Below are positions 27,976 to 42,771 of a stretch of DNA of 64,000 nt, piece after piece. The position numbers were made by a program, and so were the translations under genes. Position 1 is the first letter of the stretch. The number at the start of each line of letters is the position of its first letter. The notes beneath the pieces were generated by a model. The model searched no databases. It had not been told where the DNA came from and saw only the letters and a list, made by a program, of their open reading frames with translations. The DNA lies in contig NOWV01000014.1 of NCBI GenBank assembly GCA_003344405.1, positions 124,001-188,000 on the forward strand, written 5' to 3'. Origin of the DNA: Trichoplax sp. H2 (taxonomy: Eukaryota).

Positions 27976-28439
27976 TACAAAGCGAAAATAATCTTAATTT
28001 AATCGCTTAAAATAGAATAAACTACTTCCTAACGGTAATGGTGGAGCTTATAATTAATTCTAGAATGCAACAATCGTGATTTCTTTGTTTAGATTTTAAT
28101 TCTATCAAATAATTAAGACCCGCCGGTATTATTCAATCATTTATAAGAGCCCAAAGGCAAAATATTATATAGAGTAATTGAAGATGTTGTTTGCATGAAA
28201 AAGAAAAACACCATAATAAAATATTTTAGGGGATATTAGTAACTGATACTTATGCTTAGTCACTGTTAAGGCTACTATTGATTGAAAGTTAATTCAAGGT
28301 TAACTTCAGCACCATTAATACTTTTAATATATACTTTATGAATACTTATTGAAGAACGTCCATTTTCAGACTTATGCCGCGATTAATTAAAAATTAATTC
28401 GAAACTAGAGCGATAGTCGAAGGTTAATTATGGAAGCGT

Positions 28440-28700
28440 AATCATTTCTTGAATTATTTTAATTTAAGTTTATTGGCGAATCAATCAGGAATCACCTCAA
28501 TTTTCAGAATTAAATATTCTTTTTACTTTTGATTTAACTTCTAAATACTTATTAAAAGTGAAGTGATTTTTAAATTATTTCAATTTAAGTTTGCTGGTGT
28601 ATCAATTAAGAATCAGTTTAACTGCCAGAATTAAGATTCCTTTTACTTTGGATTTAACTTTTAAATACTTTTTGAAAATTAATTGATTTTTCAATTATTT
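28440..28700. repeat. ~120-bp degenerate tandem repeat (about 2.2 copies) upstream of channel copy 3
   Basis: aattattt.aatttaagttt...tcaat.a.gaatca...cagaattaa...ttttacttt.gatttaactt.taaatactt repeated. Confidence 0.75.
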
Positions 28701-28923
28701 CATATGGTTCTATCAACAGTCTGAAACTATTTTAAACTAACTAAAACTGTAGCCCTTTTCATCTTATATTCATATTACTTTTTAGACAAATATTTCAATC
28801 GGTAATTATTCGATTTCAACGTCATTTTATTGGATATTTCATTAGTTTGATATCGATTAAAAGTATAACCATTTTCCCACGTTCTATCTACCTTTTAAAG
28901 ACTCTTTTAATTAGCATCATTCT

Positions 28924-31900
28924 ATGCCAAGATCACCTATGGAAGTACCCGATTTTCAAATTAACGATACCCCTAGAACGCCTAAGAGACGTCACAGTTG
29001 GCCAGCTATTTCCCATCGTTGTTGCAATTTAGCTTGTCAAGGCCATCATCATTCCATTTCGATGCATCCACGGCGATTAATTCGTCATCTATCTCATATT
29101 GTATCGAATACCAGTATTTCACACTCGCCTTTGCTTCGAGCAACATTACAATCCTTTTTATTAGCTATGCTTGCCACGAGCCAATTCATCAAAAAGTGGT
29201 CCATCATCATTATTCAGTACGCTTGGAAACAAATTTGTTTAAACTACGCCGCAGTCTCGGAAAGAGCTGATCTTGAAGGAAGTTCAGCCATTGATGATAA
29301 ATTTGCCGAACAACTTAAAAATGTACATTTTCTAAATTATCAGATTCGATTAGACAACGATTTATTTGGCAATCTTGTACGAATGCCATGGAGTTATATC
29401 TTTGGCCTGTTTGCTGTGGCCTACTTGACCATCAGTATCGTATTTACCATTACATATACAGTAGCGGACATCATCGATTTTGATCTTTCTTATACATTTT
29501 GGTATTGGCTAGTCTTTAGTTTATCAATCACAACATGCTTAGGCTCGGAAAACTTAGATCCTAATCGTGCTCATCTATTATTAATCTTGATTTCTAATTT
29601 GCAAGCATTTATCTCGCAAATATTGCTGGCTTTTGTTACTGGAATTGTTTTTGCTCGTTTCTCTCGACGACGATGTCAGATTCAATTTGCTGATAAATTA
29701 ATTATTAATTCGGTTGACGGAGTTGACTGTCTCCAAGGAAGACTAACACCCATTCGAGCACGATATGGTATCTTTGATTGCCATATAAAGCTATACCTAA
29801 CCAGAGGATATCGTACGAAAGAAGGAGAACATGGTGTTCGAATTACGTAAGTCTTAGCTAGAAGGATAATTCTACTATTTATTACAATTTTTCGTCCATT
29901 TCCATCCCAGTAGAACTAATCTTTGACATATTATGAAATGTAATTAATCTTTTATATCTATCTGGTCCTGAATGACAAGATTAATTGTAATAAATTCTAG
30001 TACGCTAATATGAAAGCTACTACTCGGAGGAAAGATTTTCTATACACGCGATCAATTTGCTCTACTCTTTATCGATTAATGTCATGAAAATAATCTCTTA
30101 CTTAATTAACATTACGACGATTTGTAGTGCACTGTCGTACAAGTCAGAATGAGTTCAGCAATCCATAGAGGATTCTTAAGGAATAAACTAGGTAGATAAA
30201 AACAAATTAGTAGTTGACCATGATGGCAACGGCAATATTACGTCAATCTTTCATTATTTTCAATATCAACTAATAAAATTCATAACTAACATAAATATTT
30301 GATGGGCATCATTTTTAAAGTAGGTTATGACTTATCGTGTGACAGTAAAAATTTCTTTGCAAGAGCTGATTAGAAATAAAGCTACACAGAAAATAGTTAA
30401 AGTGATTTACTGAGCTAAAGTAAAGGGCAAAGCCTTATCATCGGGATTAGTTGAATAGCTATAATAAATGATAATAATGTTAGAAAACAGTATTTTGGCA
30501 ATATAAACGAACAAAATATCGCCCCTAAATTAGATAACAAAGCAAGAATATGTAATCAAAGATCTGAACGTATTGTTCTGGGTAATTTTATCTATCTTAT
30601 CTAGATATCAGTAGTTTTTAATATGAAGTAATCGACGGTATACAGTAATTAATATCGAGTAAAAATTAAAAATTCTTCTTTACACTTTATCATCTCTTTT
30701 ATTGAATAATTATAATGTATCCAGATATGAATTGGTACACTTTTATCTTTATGCTAATCAATCGATCCTGTCATAGATAGATGCCGGTAGCCGAGAGTTC
30801 TTAGGTATAAATGTATCTCTGGACGAGTAAAAATTGAACATTCTTTCTCTATCATTCTATCATCACTTTTATTAAATAACTGAATGCATCCTGATATGAA
30901 TTGGCCACGCTTTTATCTTTATAATAATCAACTGACTCTTCCATAGAGAGATACAGATAGTTGAGGGTTCCTAGATACCAGTGGATCCCTAGACCAGTAA
31001 AAATTAAAAATTCCTCTCTACGACTCCATCATCACTTCTATTATTGAATGGCGTATTCTTCAGATATCCATTGGCGCACTTTTAATTTTTATTCTAATCA
31101 ACTGATACTGTCATAGAAGGGTGTGGGTATTCGAGCATTCTTAAGTATAAATGGACCCTAGTTCTTTACAAGAGAATCTTAATAGACTATAGATAATCTT
31201 AATAATAATACAGTTCTACGACTTAAAATTGAGTACAGTAAATCAATGACGGTTATTGCTTGCCTACTGCTGTTATAGTCAAGGTGTTGTATTCAAAACA
31301 CTATCATTATAGTTCTCTAGTTTGGAGTAAATGTAGTATCTGCCTTCTATGTAAAAGATACATTAATAAACAGCGATCAAAGGAAAATTTTAACTAATAT
31401 TACAGACTTTAGCCTATATTGATCCATATTGATCCGTTAGCACTTTTCTGCTAGGTCAGATATAAATAGAGACTACTTTTCACATCTTTATGCTAATCAA
31501 CGTCTATCGCAAGTTTGTAAGAAAATCAGTTCTTTAGTAAGAGGCCGATAATAAAAAGTAAGATACTAGCATCCGTCCTTAGGGGACTAGTAGTGTCAAA
31601 GATACTACATTTAGGCGTAGAATAGTCGAATGCTATTAGTGAGTAATTTAGGGACGATAGCTGCTGTAGGCGATAATGTATGGCGCCTGGGTAGGCGGTG
31701 TTATGTATTATGAGAAATGGAGCAACTAGCATATAATCAACTACAGTGCACTATAGGCGGTATCAACATATCTCAGCAGTTATAATGGAGGATATAAAAG
31801 ACTGATCCTTTAGGAGTACATTCAACCTGAGATCTAGCTGTGTGCCGATTACATGTCTAGGTTTTAATGCTATAATACTCAACAATAATTAAGTAATAAA

Positions 31901-34900
31901 CTGCTTCTGTCTGCTAATAATGGAAGATAATTTATTGAGAAACTTCTCTATGGTAGAGATAGAAAATAGTACCGTACTAACTACAAAATTATAATTCATG
32001 AAAGTAAAGAGTGCATAAGCGTAAATGAAGCACTAATTTAGTGCAGGAGGACTTACTATACTGGAAAATTTTTATAACCACCGAAACGCTTGAGTTCTAG
32101 CCTATAAACGTTGATATCTTGACTAGCGTTCTCGTCTGTACCACTAATTTATATATTGCAGTTGAATATAAAATTAATACTATTAAATATAGGGTCGCGG
32201 ATCCCTTATATTAGATATATAAATATAGAATGGCTAAATTCCCATTTAGTTTGAGGAGACTAAAAGGAGTAAAATTAACCAGCTATTTTACTAATATCCA
32301 TCTGTAGTAAAACTGAAATCAAGAAAATGCCAGTGGATAGGAACAACTAGTTATAGCAATATTTTAGGAGTCCAATGTCCAAGAAAGATACAATAACAAT
32401 TAACGAAAAGACTTTACTTTTATATTGTATATTAATTCGTTGAAGGCTAGGGTAGATGAAGTAATTCATGTAGTACTTGGTTAATTAAAGAGCAAAATCC
32501 GTACACTTGTTGTATAAACTACAATTCTTTAATTAAATATCCATCATTTTACGTTATTTAATTGAAAAAATAGGTTAGTAAACATCGATTAATCACTAGA
32601 GGATATCTAATTCTTAGTTTAAGTGATAGAATACGTATATCAAAAACACATTATCTAAAAAGCTACTGAATTTTACTATACATTTATAAAAATACCAGTA
32701 TCTAATTCTAATTTTAATTCGTTCAATATTAAAGTAAAATTGCAATATCTCACCGTATAAGATTGTGTTTGTTTAAACTTCTACAGCATTCTTTTCAATC
32801 TTCTGTCATATTATAGTAGAGTATTTTCAGTACCAAAATTAGTTGATTAATAGTGAGCCATTCCAGTAGAATCTCAAGAAAATAACACTGATCCTATCCT
32901 GTCATGGTTTGATATGAAATCGTGCCCTAAATTTTCAATGAGAGATTACAGTAATTATTTATTGAAATGCAATTCTTTGTACACCCATACTATTGTCTAT
33001 CAGATGAATAATAGTCGAAGCAATATCTAATTAGTCATCTAAAATTTATCTAAATACTCCAAGTATTACAATCTCACCATCTTATGAAATTACAAAAATT
33101 GGGCCGTCACTGTATTGCATAAACTATAGCCTCTATGGGCTAAAAAGATTGATATTAGCACGAAGATGCTAACTTTTTGAACAATAAGAATATTAGAATA
33201 CTTTAGATTGCTCTACTTGATAGTTACAATGAAGTCTTCTATGCAAAATTTCCAATTAAAAATTAGTCTACGTGACCTATAACAACTTTTCCAAGGTGAT
33301 ACGTGACCATTAAAATCATTTTTACATTGCTCTGTCATTTAACCGTAATGATGAGGAAATCAATTTGGAATTGCCAGCTAGAATGATCTAAGACAGGTTG
33401 TCATGTTCGAAATTGATCTGTTAATAAATGCACTTGAATTATCACAAATGAAGCCATATGGTTATTTTTATACTAACTGCGATAATGTAGTTAAATACTA
33501 GTAATAAGATTTTTAGATTGCAGCAAAAGTTCATATCCTTAAAGTAATCTCAGTCTGATAATGATTTCTTTCTACTCCTTTTCAATACAATTTAAACTCT
33601 CGTAAGCTATGCATTCACTACTATGTAGAACGAGCATATTTCCACTATTGAAGGTCATAGGCAGACTAGATGGTGCCCAGAAGGGGATCCCTTCGACGTG
33701 ATAGGAAATCTTGATTACTCCTTTTTCCTAGAAGCAGGGTTTATATTTATAGGTCATCATATTATTATTAATTTACCAAATACGTGACCAATAAAATCAT
33801 TTTGACCGCTTCCTGTTTGATCGCTTTGAGGATAGAAAATGTCAACGTGTGAAGGTAGAATAAGATTAGTCACTGTATAATTAATTACTCTAGTGCAGCT
33901 TGGAGTTTAACCTTAAATGAATTCAATTATGCTAAATGGAAAATTAGTAGTAACTATTCATATTAGTTCCAGGGGTACCAGTGAACCTGCAATCACGATT
34001 ACCATATGCGAGAAAGAAAGATACAATAGGATTAAACAGTGTATAATTAATTACTTTAGTGCGGCTTGAAAGCTTAGCCCTAAATGAATTCAATTATGCT
34101 CAGCGGAAAAACTTACAGTAACTTTTATTTCAGTTTCGGTGATAGTAGTGAACAAAAAATTACGGAAATCATACATGAGAAGGAAAGGCAAAACTTTACT
34201 TTCAATTTAATCTTAAAATCGTAATCACATTCTTCGAATACTTTCTGTTGTTTCTCTAAGTTGTATTCTTAGTTTTAAAAATCTTGCATTAAGAAAGGTA
34301 GTATACGTTGATGCTATCATTAGATTATCCTAACCAGATTAGAGTATCGATATAGCTATTGCATATCGAATTACCTCAATTGGATAACTTAAATTATTTC
34401 TAGAAACGGGTCCAAAGTCTATTCTATTAATATTAATTCGAGTAGTACGTGACTAGCTAAATAATTTTGATATAATGTCTGAACTTTAATACATAGAGGG
34501 AATTAGTGGGAATCATGAATGGATTATGTTATACGAGTTTTAGGAAAAATTGCCACAATAAGAGCGCACTAGCATTTCGCACTCCAAAATGATCTAATGA
34601 CTTTAAAATAATGACGTCTGAGGAAATAGCATTTAACAGCTATAACCTGCCTATTTGGTCAATGATGAAAATTCAATATGAAAACGAAAGAAATATACCA
34701 ATCCACTACCTGTACAAAATAAAAATGATCTAGAAATTTCATTATAATATTTGCTGGCAGGTATCGCTTTGAATGTTATTTCAATATATATCTACTGCGA
34801 ACAAAAGAAAATCAATGCCATTAATAAATAATGCTTGATTACGATATAGAGATGAAATATTCCTGTATAAAATGGATATCATTAAGCACTCTAAGTGCTC

Positions 34901-37129
34901 CACCTATCCTTTATGTGGGTCCATGGTCAATTTATATCAATTGGCAGACTACATGACCGTTAACTTATAAAGCCATTTCGCCATATTGTCTCTACATAAT
35001 GATAGACGATTTCAAAAGAATCATTCTATATTATTTGACATGACTGTAATATTAAGGAGGGCTATCCAAATTACCTGCAAAATAACTTGATATCATGTAA
35101 CCCAATTTAGTGGCTGGTTTATGTCAGTTTCAGAAATACTGACATTTGCAAACAAGAACAATACAATATGAAATTGAAAGGAGAATAAAAGAAGCATATT
35201 TAAAATATTATAAAATTCCCGATATCATGTCTATTCCTGACAATAGCGTGTTGTTAATATAAATTAATTACGGTTCAACTATATTGTGGATATAAATATA
35301 CAAGGTATAAAATCGATGAAATTAGGTATTTAACATAGTATATTAGTATATTTGAACTCTTTATAGTAGTATTTCGTCTCAAAATCGCCTATTCTAAACT
35401 ATAGTAATCAATCTGCGAATTTTATATGGAATGACAAGCTTCTGCGTTGCTTTTTGAACCCTATTGAATGCGTGAACTCTTTTTCAGGTAGATGTAATTT
35501 ATCTTCCCTTAATTTGCTTCATCAAAAGGAAACACTCTTAAATTTTGAGGATCTCAAATAATCAGAGCTCTCTCTACTCCATTTTAAAATCACTAGTTGA
35601 TTGGATGGACAAGTTTTATGTTACAATTTAAAATAGCATTAATTAATAAAAACATTCGACGGATCTAATCGAACAAAGATCTATTCATTTCACTCAATAC
35701 AATTACTTTTTGCTCTTTATATGGTATCCCTAATGATCGATAAACCCCTTGGAGTATAAATTCTTCTTTAATTATCTTTATGAAAGCCTTCTAAGTCGTT
35801 TTACATTCAAAATTGTTAGTTGCAAATGGAGTCACGTAGTAGAAGGAAAGGAGATTTTAGGTCACGTACCATGTGACACCTAGTGGGATAGAATTCATCG
35901 TTTTGTCACCTCAAGGCTTAAATGGCGTGAATTCTTTTCCATGAATAGACAGTAATTGTAATAGTAGCCTTACTTGCACACTATATAGCGACTGGATCAC
36001 TACGAAAACGATTAGCGACAATGAAGATCGATCATGATATATATCCACATCTCTTTCCATATTTATTCTTGTTTTATTTCGGGTATCCTAAGTTAGTAAG
36101 AATATTACTTGCATGTATAGTATAGTAACAGTATAACTGGAATAAAATATCAGTATACTTACAGGAAGTGAAAGCTAAAACTGACTACAATATTCTATCA
36201 TCCCTAGTCGATTTCGTTCCTTCATTTAGTCATTCTACTGTTTATTACTGGTATAGATTAAACTACTAATATTCTAATAGAGTAACGGAACTTAACCAAT
36301 CGGACTATTCCATCGTTATATATTTATTTTCTCTTTTAAGCTTCTTGATTTAATATTGTTAGACTAACTAATTTTTCAACTCAGTTGCAATGCCGATTGT
36401 AAGTTAATTCAGGTATAGCTAGAATGGATTATCAATTTCTATTAAAGTATCAAAGATTAAAGGCTGCTAGTTCCAATGCCACTGATAAATTTGAGCGATG
36501 ATAAATAGTTACCTTCAGTCATTGCAATTGCTTATATCAAACTGAGATCTAGACTGAATTAATTTATGAAACAATTTATCTAGCTTATATTTATAACTAA
36601 TCGACGGGGAATATGAAAACATAAAGTAATGAAATATTATTTTAATTGATATCAACCTAGGCAGCTACCTTTAGTTAGTGATAACTTCCCTATTCTTGCA
36701 TTGATGGTCAAGTTTACCCATCGACTAGATGAAATGAGCGAGCTTAAGAAAGCAATGATGGATCCTAATGAAGATTTTGGGTTAATGGTCACTATCACCG
36801 GTGCTGATGCTTGCACCTTAAATCCAGTTTTGGACGTTGGCCGATATCGTCATGAAGATATCATAAGGTGCAATCTTTTTTACTATTTACTTCGTCAATT
36901 TGAAGCATGATGATAGTATTACCTAAACTAGGTGAATTATATACGGTTGCATTACTCTAAATAGTTCGTTATATAATTATCCATGTCTAGGAATTATCAT
37001 TTTATTGATATGATAGAAAGAATACGCATTGAAGCCGACAGCAATGATCATGAACTTTACGTGGATTTTAATAAATTAAACCAAGTTATTTCGCTAGATA
37101 AGGCGGAGGAAGAATTAGCTACTGATTAA
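28924..37129 (+). CDS. Atypical Kir/KirBac-like channel, copy 3 (422 aa; exons 28924-29846, 36661-36867, 36991-37129); filter CLGSE; 6.8-kb first intron
   Basis: Exon 1 ends at the same AC|gtaag position as its paralogs. The next matching exon 2 (QLPLVSDNFPILALMVKFTHRLDE) starts at 36661. Spliced frame intact (1269 nt). Confidence 0.87.
30655..31160. repeat. Three degenerate ~170-bp tandem units in intron 1 of channel copy 3
   Basis: agtaaaaatt.aa.att...atcatc.ctt...gatat.aattgg...ttttat...taatcaa at ~30657, ~30826 and ~30996. Confidence 0.8.
33870..34190. repeat. Two ~165-bp degenerate tandem units in intron 1 of channel copy 3
   Basis: tgtataattaattact.tagtgc.gcttg...taaatgaattcaattatgct at ~33874 and ~34041. 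Confidence 0.75.
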
Positions 37130-37619
37130 ATAGAATCACACTTTTTATCATTCACAAGTTAATTATTCCAGTTTTGTCTTTATGAAATGCTAAAATAACT
37201 TAATCACATCGACATGTAGCTTAAAATCATAGCTTAATCTAATAATTCAAACAACGGACAGAAAAACTTTTCTGCTCTTAGTTACTTTAATACTCTTTGT
37301 TTTATCCTAGATGAATAATTTTTAGTAAATCATTACTCTATGAAATTCTTAACATTAATGATGTTATTGCTCTCAATGCTCTTATATGCTCGTATAACCA
37401 ACATGCGAAATCATCGAAACTAGTGGCAATGGAGACTAACCATATATTAAACATGGCATAAAAGACAAAATTCACTTAATCTTGATGAAAATTGCTGCTA
37501 CGGAGATACAATGCTACATGCTCATCTTACACAATCATCGCGTGTAATACTTATAGATTAAACCTATCTTTGATTAGAGTATAGATAGTAGTAACAATAT
37601 TTATAGCGATTTGAGTAAT

Positions 37620-38010
37620 TAAATTAGCAAGATTAGTAAATTGAGCTAATCAGTAGATAATTAAGACGATGGAATATTACAAAGTTATGGCCTATTTAAT
37701 CATTTCATCTCCTACAAGCATTATTAATCAAATTCGGTTTAGTTACGTCCTTAAAAAAGAAATATAAGACTTTTAATACAACAGAATGTTTAGTCGTATG
37801 GTAGTCAGACCACCATAAATTAGCCAGGCAAATTGAGATAATCAGTATGCAATTAAGACGATGAAATATTACAAAGCTATGGCCTATTCAATCATTTTAT
37901 CCCCTACCAATATTATCAATCAATTTCGGTTTGGTTACATCTAACAAACAGAAGTATATGACTTTTAATGCAGTAGAATATTTAGTTCTTATGGTATTAT
38001 ATGGTACTCG
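37620..38010. repeat. Two ~190-bp degenerate tandem units downstream of channel copy 3
   Basis: aaattgag.taatcagta...aattaagacgatg.aatattacaaag.tatggcctatt at ~37638 and ~37830. Confidence 0.8.
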
Positions 38011-41000
38011 GACCATTATACAATCCAAATATGCTGTTACGTCGCTCTATGCAGTTTTAATGCAATAGTATAAATATATCCTACAAGTAGACGCTTATAT
38101 TAACGGTATGCAAAGGTATTACCAAGGTTCAAATAATATCCACCAAACTTTATTCAATAATCGTGCATTTAACCTATAGTCAGAAGTATAGATTGTTCTT
38201 TTAGCTGTCGCACTATAAAATACTTTTAGTTACTGTAGTATTCCTGTCTCATCATTCTGTAGACCGCTAATATTAACGTAGATCAAGGATTGATATCTAG
38301 ATAGGACTAGTGGAAGATAATTTTAGGTGATTGTCCGATTCTCTCGTACTGAATAGGCTGTTATTAACAAACAAGTTGATTACTAATCGATTTATACTGT
38401 GTTACCATTGAGTTGTTCCTCGTAGTACTAACATAGAAGTAGATTACCGATTGATCTTCCTTACCAATTATACATGGTGTAACGTACTAACGATAGCAAT
38501 CTTGTCTGATAATGATCGTATTCCATTGCTCTATACTGTATGCTAATAATATTAATATGAATTGTACTATTAATAGGCAATAGTATGGAATTATAGCAAC
38601 AATGATAATGTTCATGATTAGTTCTAAATTCTTGTTATGCTATAACACTATTTCATCTCTCTACCGATGACTGATATTCGTGCAAGTTTTATAAATTATT
38701 GATAAAAGAATTTTGATAGTAGCTATATTCACAATTTGACTGTTTTCCTATCCTATTGTTTTAATTCTAACTAGATTGAACAATAATAATATCTAGTTAG
38801 ATCATATTTCAATGCAAAAGATTCTATAGGTAATTAAATCTAATTTCCTTGCCATGGAAGCAATAACTAACTTAACAATTAGCCCAATATTATATGCTAT
38901 CAATCAAATTAATCGATTCACTGCCTAATATAAATAAATTTAATCCAACGTATCTTTATAGTGTTAATAATATGCAGACTGTCCTAAAGTGACAATTGAT
39001 GTTAACACTATTTCCAATTCTTTCATTTGTTACAGTATCTGTACATATATAGAATTTAATCTGTAACTTACACAATTGTTGGCTTTGCAAGAGTGATAGA
39101 GGTCTAGCTACCAACGGAAATGAAAATGTAATATAATACTTTGCGATACGAATTTATAGACTTTATCCTAAAAGATATACCGACAATATCGATGATCTTA
39201 ACGGTCAGAAATTTGATTGGTAAATTGGTAATAACGATAGAATATCACACTTTTACAGTTAATTTTTGAAATTCTTTTAGCAGGAGCAGTTTATCAATAA
39301 ACCATCATCAATATAAGCCTCTATTATAATATAAGGTGATTGTATATAATCAAAAACTAGGGCCTTGATTAATACTGAATCTTTAAATAATCATTCTATT
39401 TATAGTTAATGTCTTTCGAAAATAATATACATGTGCATCGGATGACATTTCGTGTCTAAGTTTGATTTAATTTCATAACTTAACGTTCATTATGCTACAA
39501 TTTAGTGGTGACAGAATGTTAATTTCGAATCTAGCCATAAAAACTCAATATGCCATACTTATAAGAAATTAAATTTGAATTTAAAAGTGGATTAATGATA
39601 ACTTATACCGTAGTAGAGAACTTGAGTCATGAAACGGAGATGAAGTTCAAAATAAAAAGATTTGCTAATGTTACTACACGATCAATAAACTCCATAGACA
39701 GACGAGAAAATCGAAACTAATTTAGTAAAAGCCAGACGATTAGATAGTATAAGTACAGGATTATAGATCAGACACTAATATTAAAATTTTAATTCTATAA
39801 ATCTGTAGGAAGGTGTAATGTAACTTAGTATTGTGATTGTAGACTGTTAGCCATGTGTAGTATAATGTACGGTAGATATTTATCCTAAGAGATATTTGGT
39901 AGCTGTAACTATAGACTGTAGTGGTAGAGACTCTATGCTAGAGTACAGATGACTATATACAGTAAGCTGTTGAGTTACTAATATGGCTATAGGTAAAAAT
40001 AGAACTGTAAATCATATATTAGGATATGGTTAATTCATTGTACTTTGGCTGGTGTGAATAATGTCTACGTAAGTACTGTAGTCGTATCCATATTGGATTA
40101 ATGATGGTCCGCAGTAGAATAGTCTTACTAAGAATAATTTAACTATGTGTAAAATAAGGTAAAAGGTTGCCATGCGGATTGTAGCTGCGAATTGATCTAC
40201 CGTGAAACATCTACCATGAAACATTATGTTTATATATCTTCTATTGTACAATCTAATCCATGTTCGAGAAAGTATATTGTTAATAAAAATCATTAGCTTC
40301 ATTTATATCTTAATAATCTAGAATGGTAGACTAGATACAATAATTTAGAAGCCAATCATCTCCAATATTCATATCTCAATAGCATAGAATGAGACTATAT
40401 TATAAAACCGATCTACCGTGAGTAACTGTGTTTATATAATTTCTATCGTAAAAGTAATCATTGTCCCCATTCATATCTCAATAACTTAGAACAATCATTA
40501 CTGTAACTGATCTGCAGCAAAAAATTAAACTAGATTGACTCCTACAGTTAGATATATGTAAACTGTATCTGTCTTGATCTATTTTAACGCAGCCTAGACA
40601 GCAAATCTTCTCTATGATACTCAATTAATTTAGTATGCTAATTATTACGATAAACTACCCTAGTTGGTAATGGGTAAATTTAGCCTCATATCTCTATAGT
40701 TAGACTCCATAATAAAATAAGCAGATCTTCAAAATCATCCTTAACTAATCTAGTATGCTAATTATTGGAATAAACTATTCGGTAATGGGTAAATTTATAC
40801 TCATATCTCAATAATCTAGCTTGGTCATGACTATAGTTGATAGACACTATGGCAAAACATATAAACCTTTTCTATCATCCTTAATTAATCTAGTGTGCCA
40901 ATTATATAGTATTCTCCAGTATCGTTACCCTAATCATCTTCTATGATATCATTTTACTATTCTACAATGAATCATACTCTAGAGTAGGTTAGCATAATAT

Positions 41001-42771
41001 TATTTGAGCAGCTTCTGCCATATTAGTAGATATACCTTGTCATAGATTACTATAAGTCCGTAGCCTAGTCTACAAATCGTTCTCTGATGTTCTTACCTAT
41101 CTTACGTGGTATTTTCTTACAATGATTGAATTAATCACACTATACAGCCTATATCCGCTACAATAATGTATCATAATAACGTTTAAGCAGCTTTAGTCAT
41201 TTTTAATTTGTCTGCATGACTCGTCTGCATAAATATCATTCTGCGATGCCCCTATCCTATTCATCTTCATGATTCTTATTGCAAAATATTGAATAAGTGA
41301 CGAATTCTCCTATATATTATAACAGAATTGAAACAGCCTCTCTCGTTATCTTTATCATCACCTTGAGCAATATCTTGTTGATAATATCATATTTATTAAT
41401 TGTTTCGAACTTATTATCTAGCTTTATTTTATTCTTCATATACTCGCATAGAGATGAAATAGATCAAAAAGATCAAAATCAAAAATAAGACGTTTAGATC
41501 CGTCTCTGCTGCCTTCTATCTTGACTTGATCTATTTTAAACTACCAATACTTTCATTTTATACGAGTGTCTTAAAGCAGCTTCTCTCATTATCTCAATCA
41601 TCTTTAGTAATGTCTTTAAATATCATATTTATTAAATTGCTATTAACTTACTATCTAGTTTATTTTATTCGTTTCGTATACAGATCAAATACATCAGAAT
41701 CAAAGGTAATGACACACTTCAGTCTATCGCAGCCACCTTATAACCTGGCTCGATCTATTTTAAGCTATTCATATTCTCAATTGACACTAGCATGCTATTA
41801 AGCATAAATGTGTGCACCAATAGCTGCGACGTTAAGAAAGCGCCGACAAGATGTTAGAACAAACTATCCATTCTTGTCTTCATTCTTTCATTAGAATCTA
41901 TTTTATCTAAGCCTGCAGTCTTTTCATCTAGACCTGATCCCTTTCTAATCGTTTCTATTTTTAATTTACTTTAGTTTACTATTAGCTATACAGTGAATAC
42001 AATGTTACGATGTACAACACGATGCTGACAAACTATGAAAATATTCTATCTCTTTTTTCGGATCGATACTAGTACCATGGAAGATCAAAGTCGACGATAG
42101 CGATATACTTTCCAAAGATGTTACGGGCATATTGTTTCCATCGTAATTATAAATATCAGCCTTTGTTGTCAAATAAATCATAGAAACTGTTTACTATTAT
42201 AAAGTAAATTCTATACTATAGTTTGGAAACACAATGAATCAGCATTTCAACTGTTTGATCCTTTTCTAGCTCCAGACACTCCAGTTAGAATTTAATCAAT
42301 GAAAGTTACTATTAATTATTAATCTTATAAGGCAGTACTAATAGAGTTTTAAAGGTAATAATAATAATCATTATCATGGCTGAGTTTGATGCACAGTAGT
42401 GTACCTTGAGATGGACTCATAAGAGCTTGAATACACTAAGTTGCTACATAGAATATGGTTATCCATCCTGGATGCTCAACAAAATATAGTTATAAATTCA
42501 TCCTAAGTTGATTTTTGATCTGCTAACTACTTTACCTTGCTGTATCGAGTATACAAGATAAACCATATTCTTCTCGTTAGAATTTGAATTATTTATCCCC
42601 AAAAATAGACCCTAATGATATTATTCTATCGATAAATAGATATGATACGTTTATTTGTAATAAAAGTAATCGAGTGATAGTTTTAATATTTGTCAATAAG
42701 TAATAGCATCCTACTAAATCGATAAAGCTACGCTTTGATATTTTAAACTTGAACAATTCTAATCAATCTTA

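Noticed and set aside
31526-31732. 68-aa ORF with LRTDAS, reminiscent of retroelement RNase H
   Set aside because: Only a short motif; no GxGAVL continuation or other pol motifs.
32178-32205. Small imperfect hairpin aatatagggtcgcggatcccttatatt
   Set aside because: Too short and single-copy to call a MITE, terminator or ncRNA.
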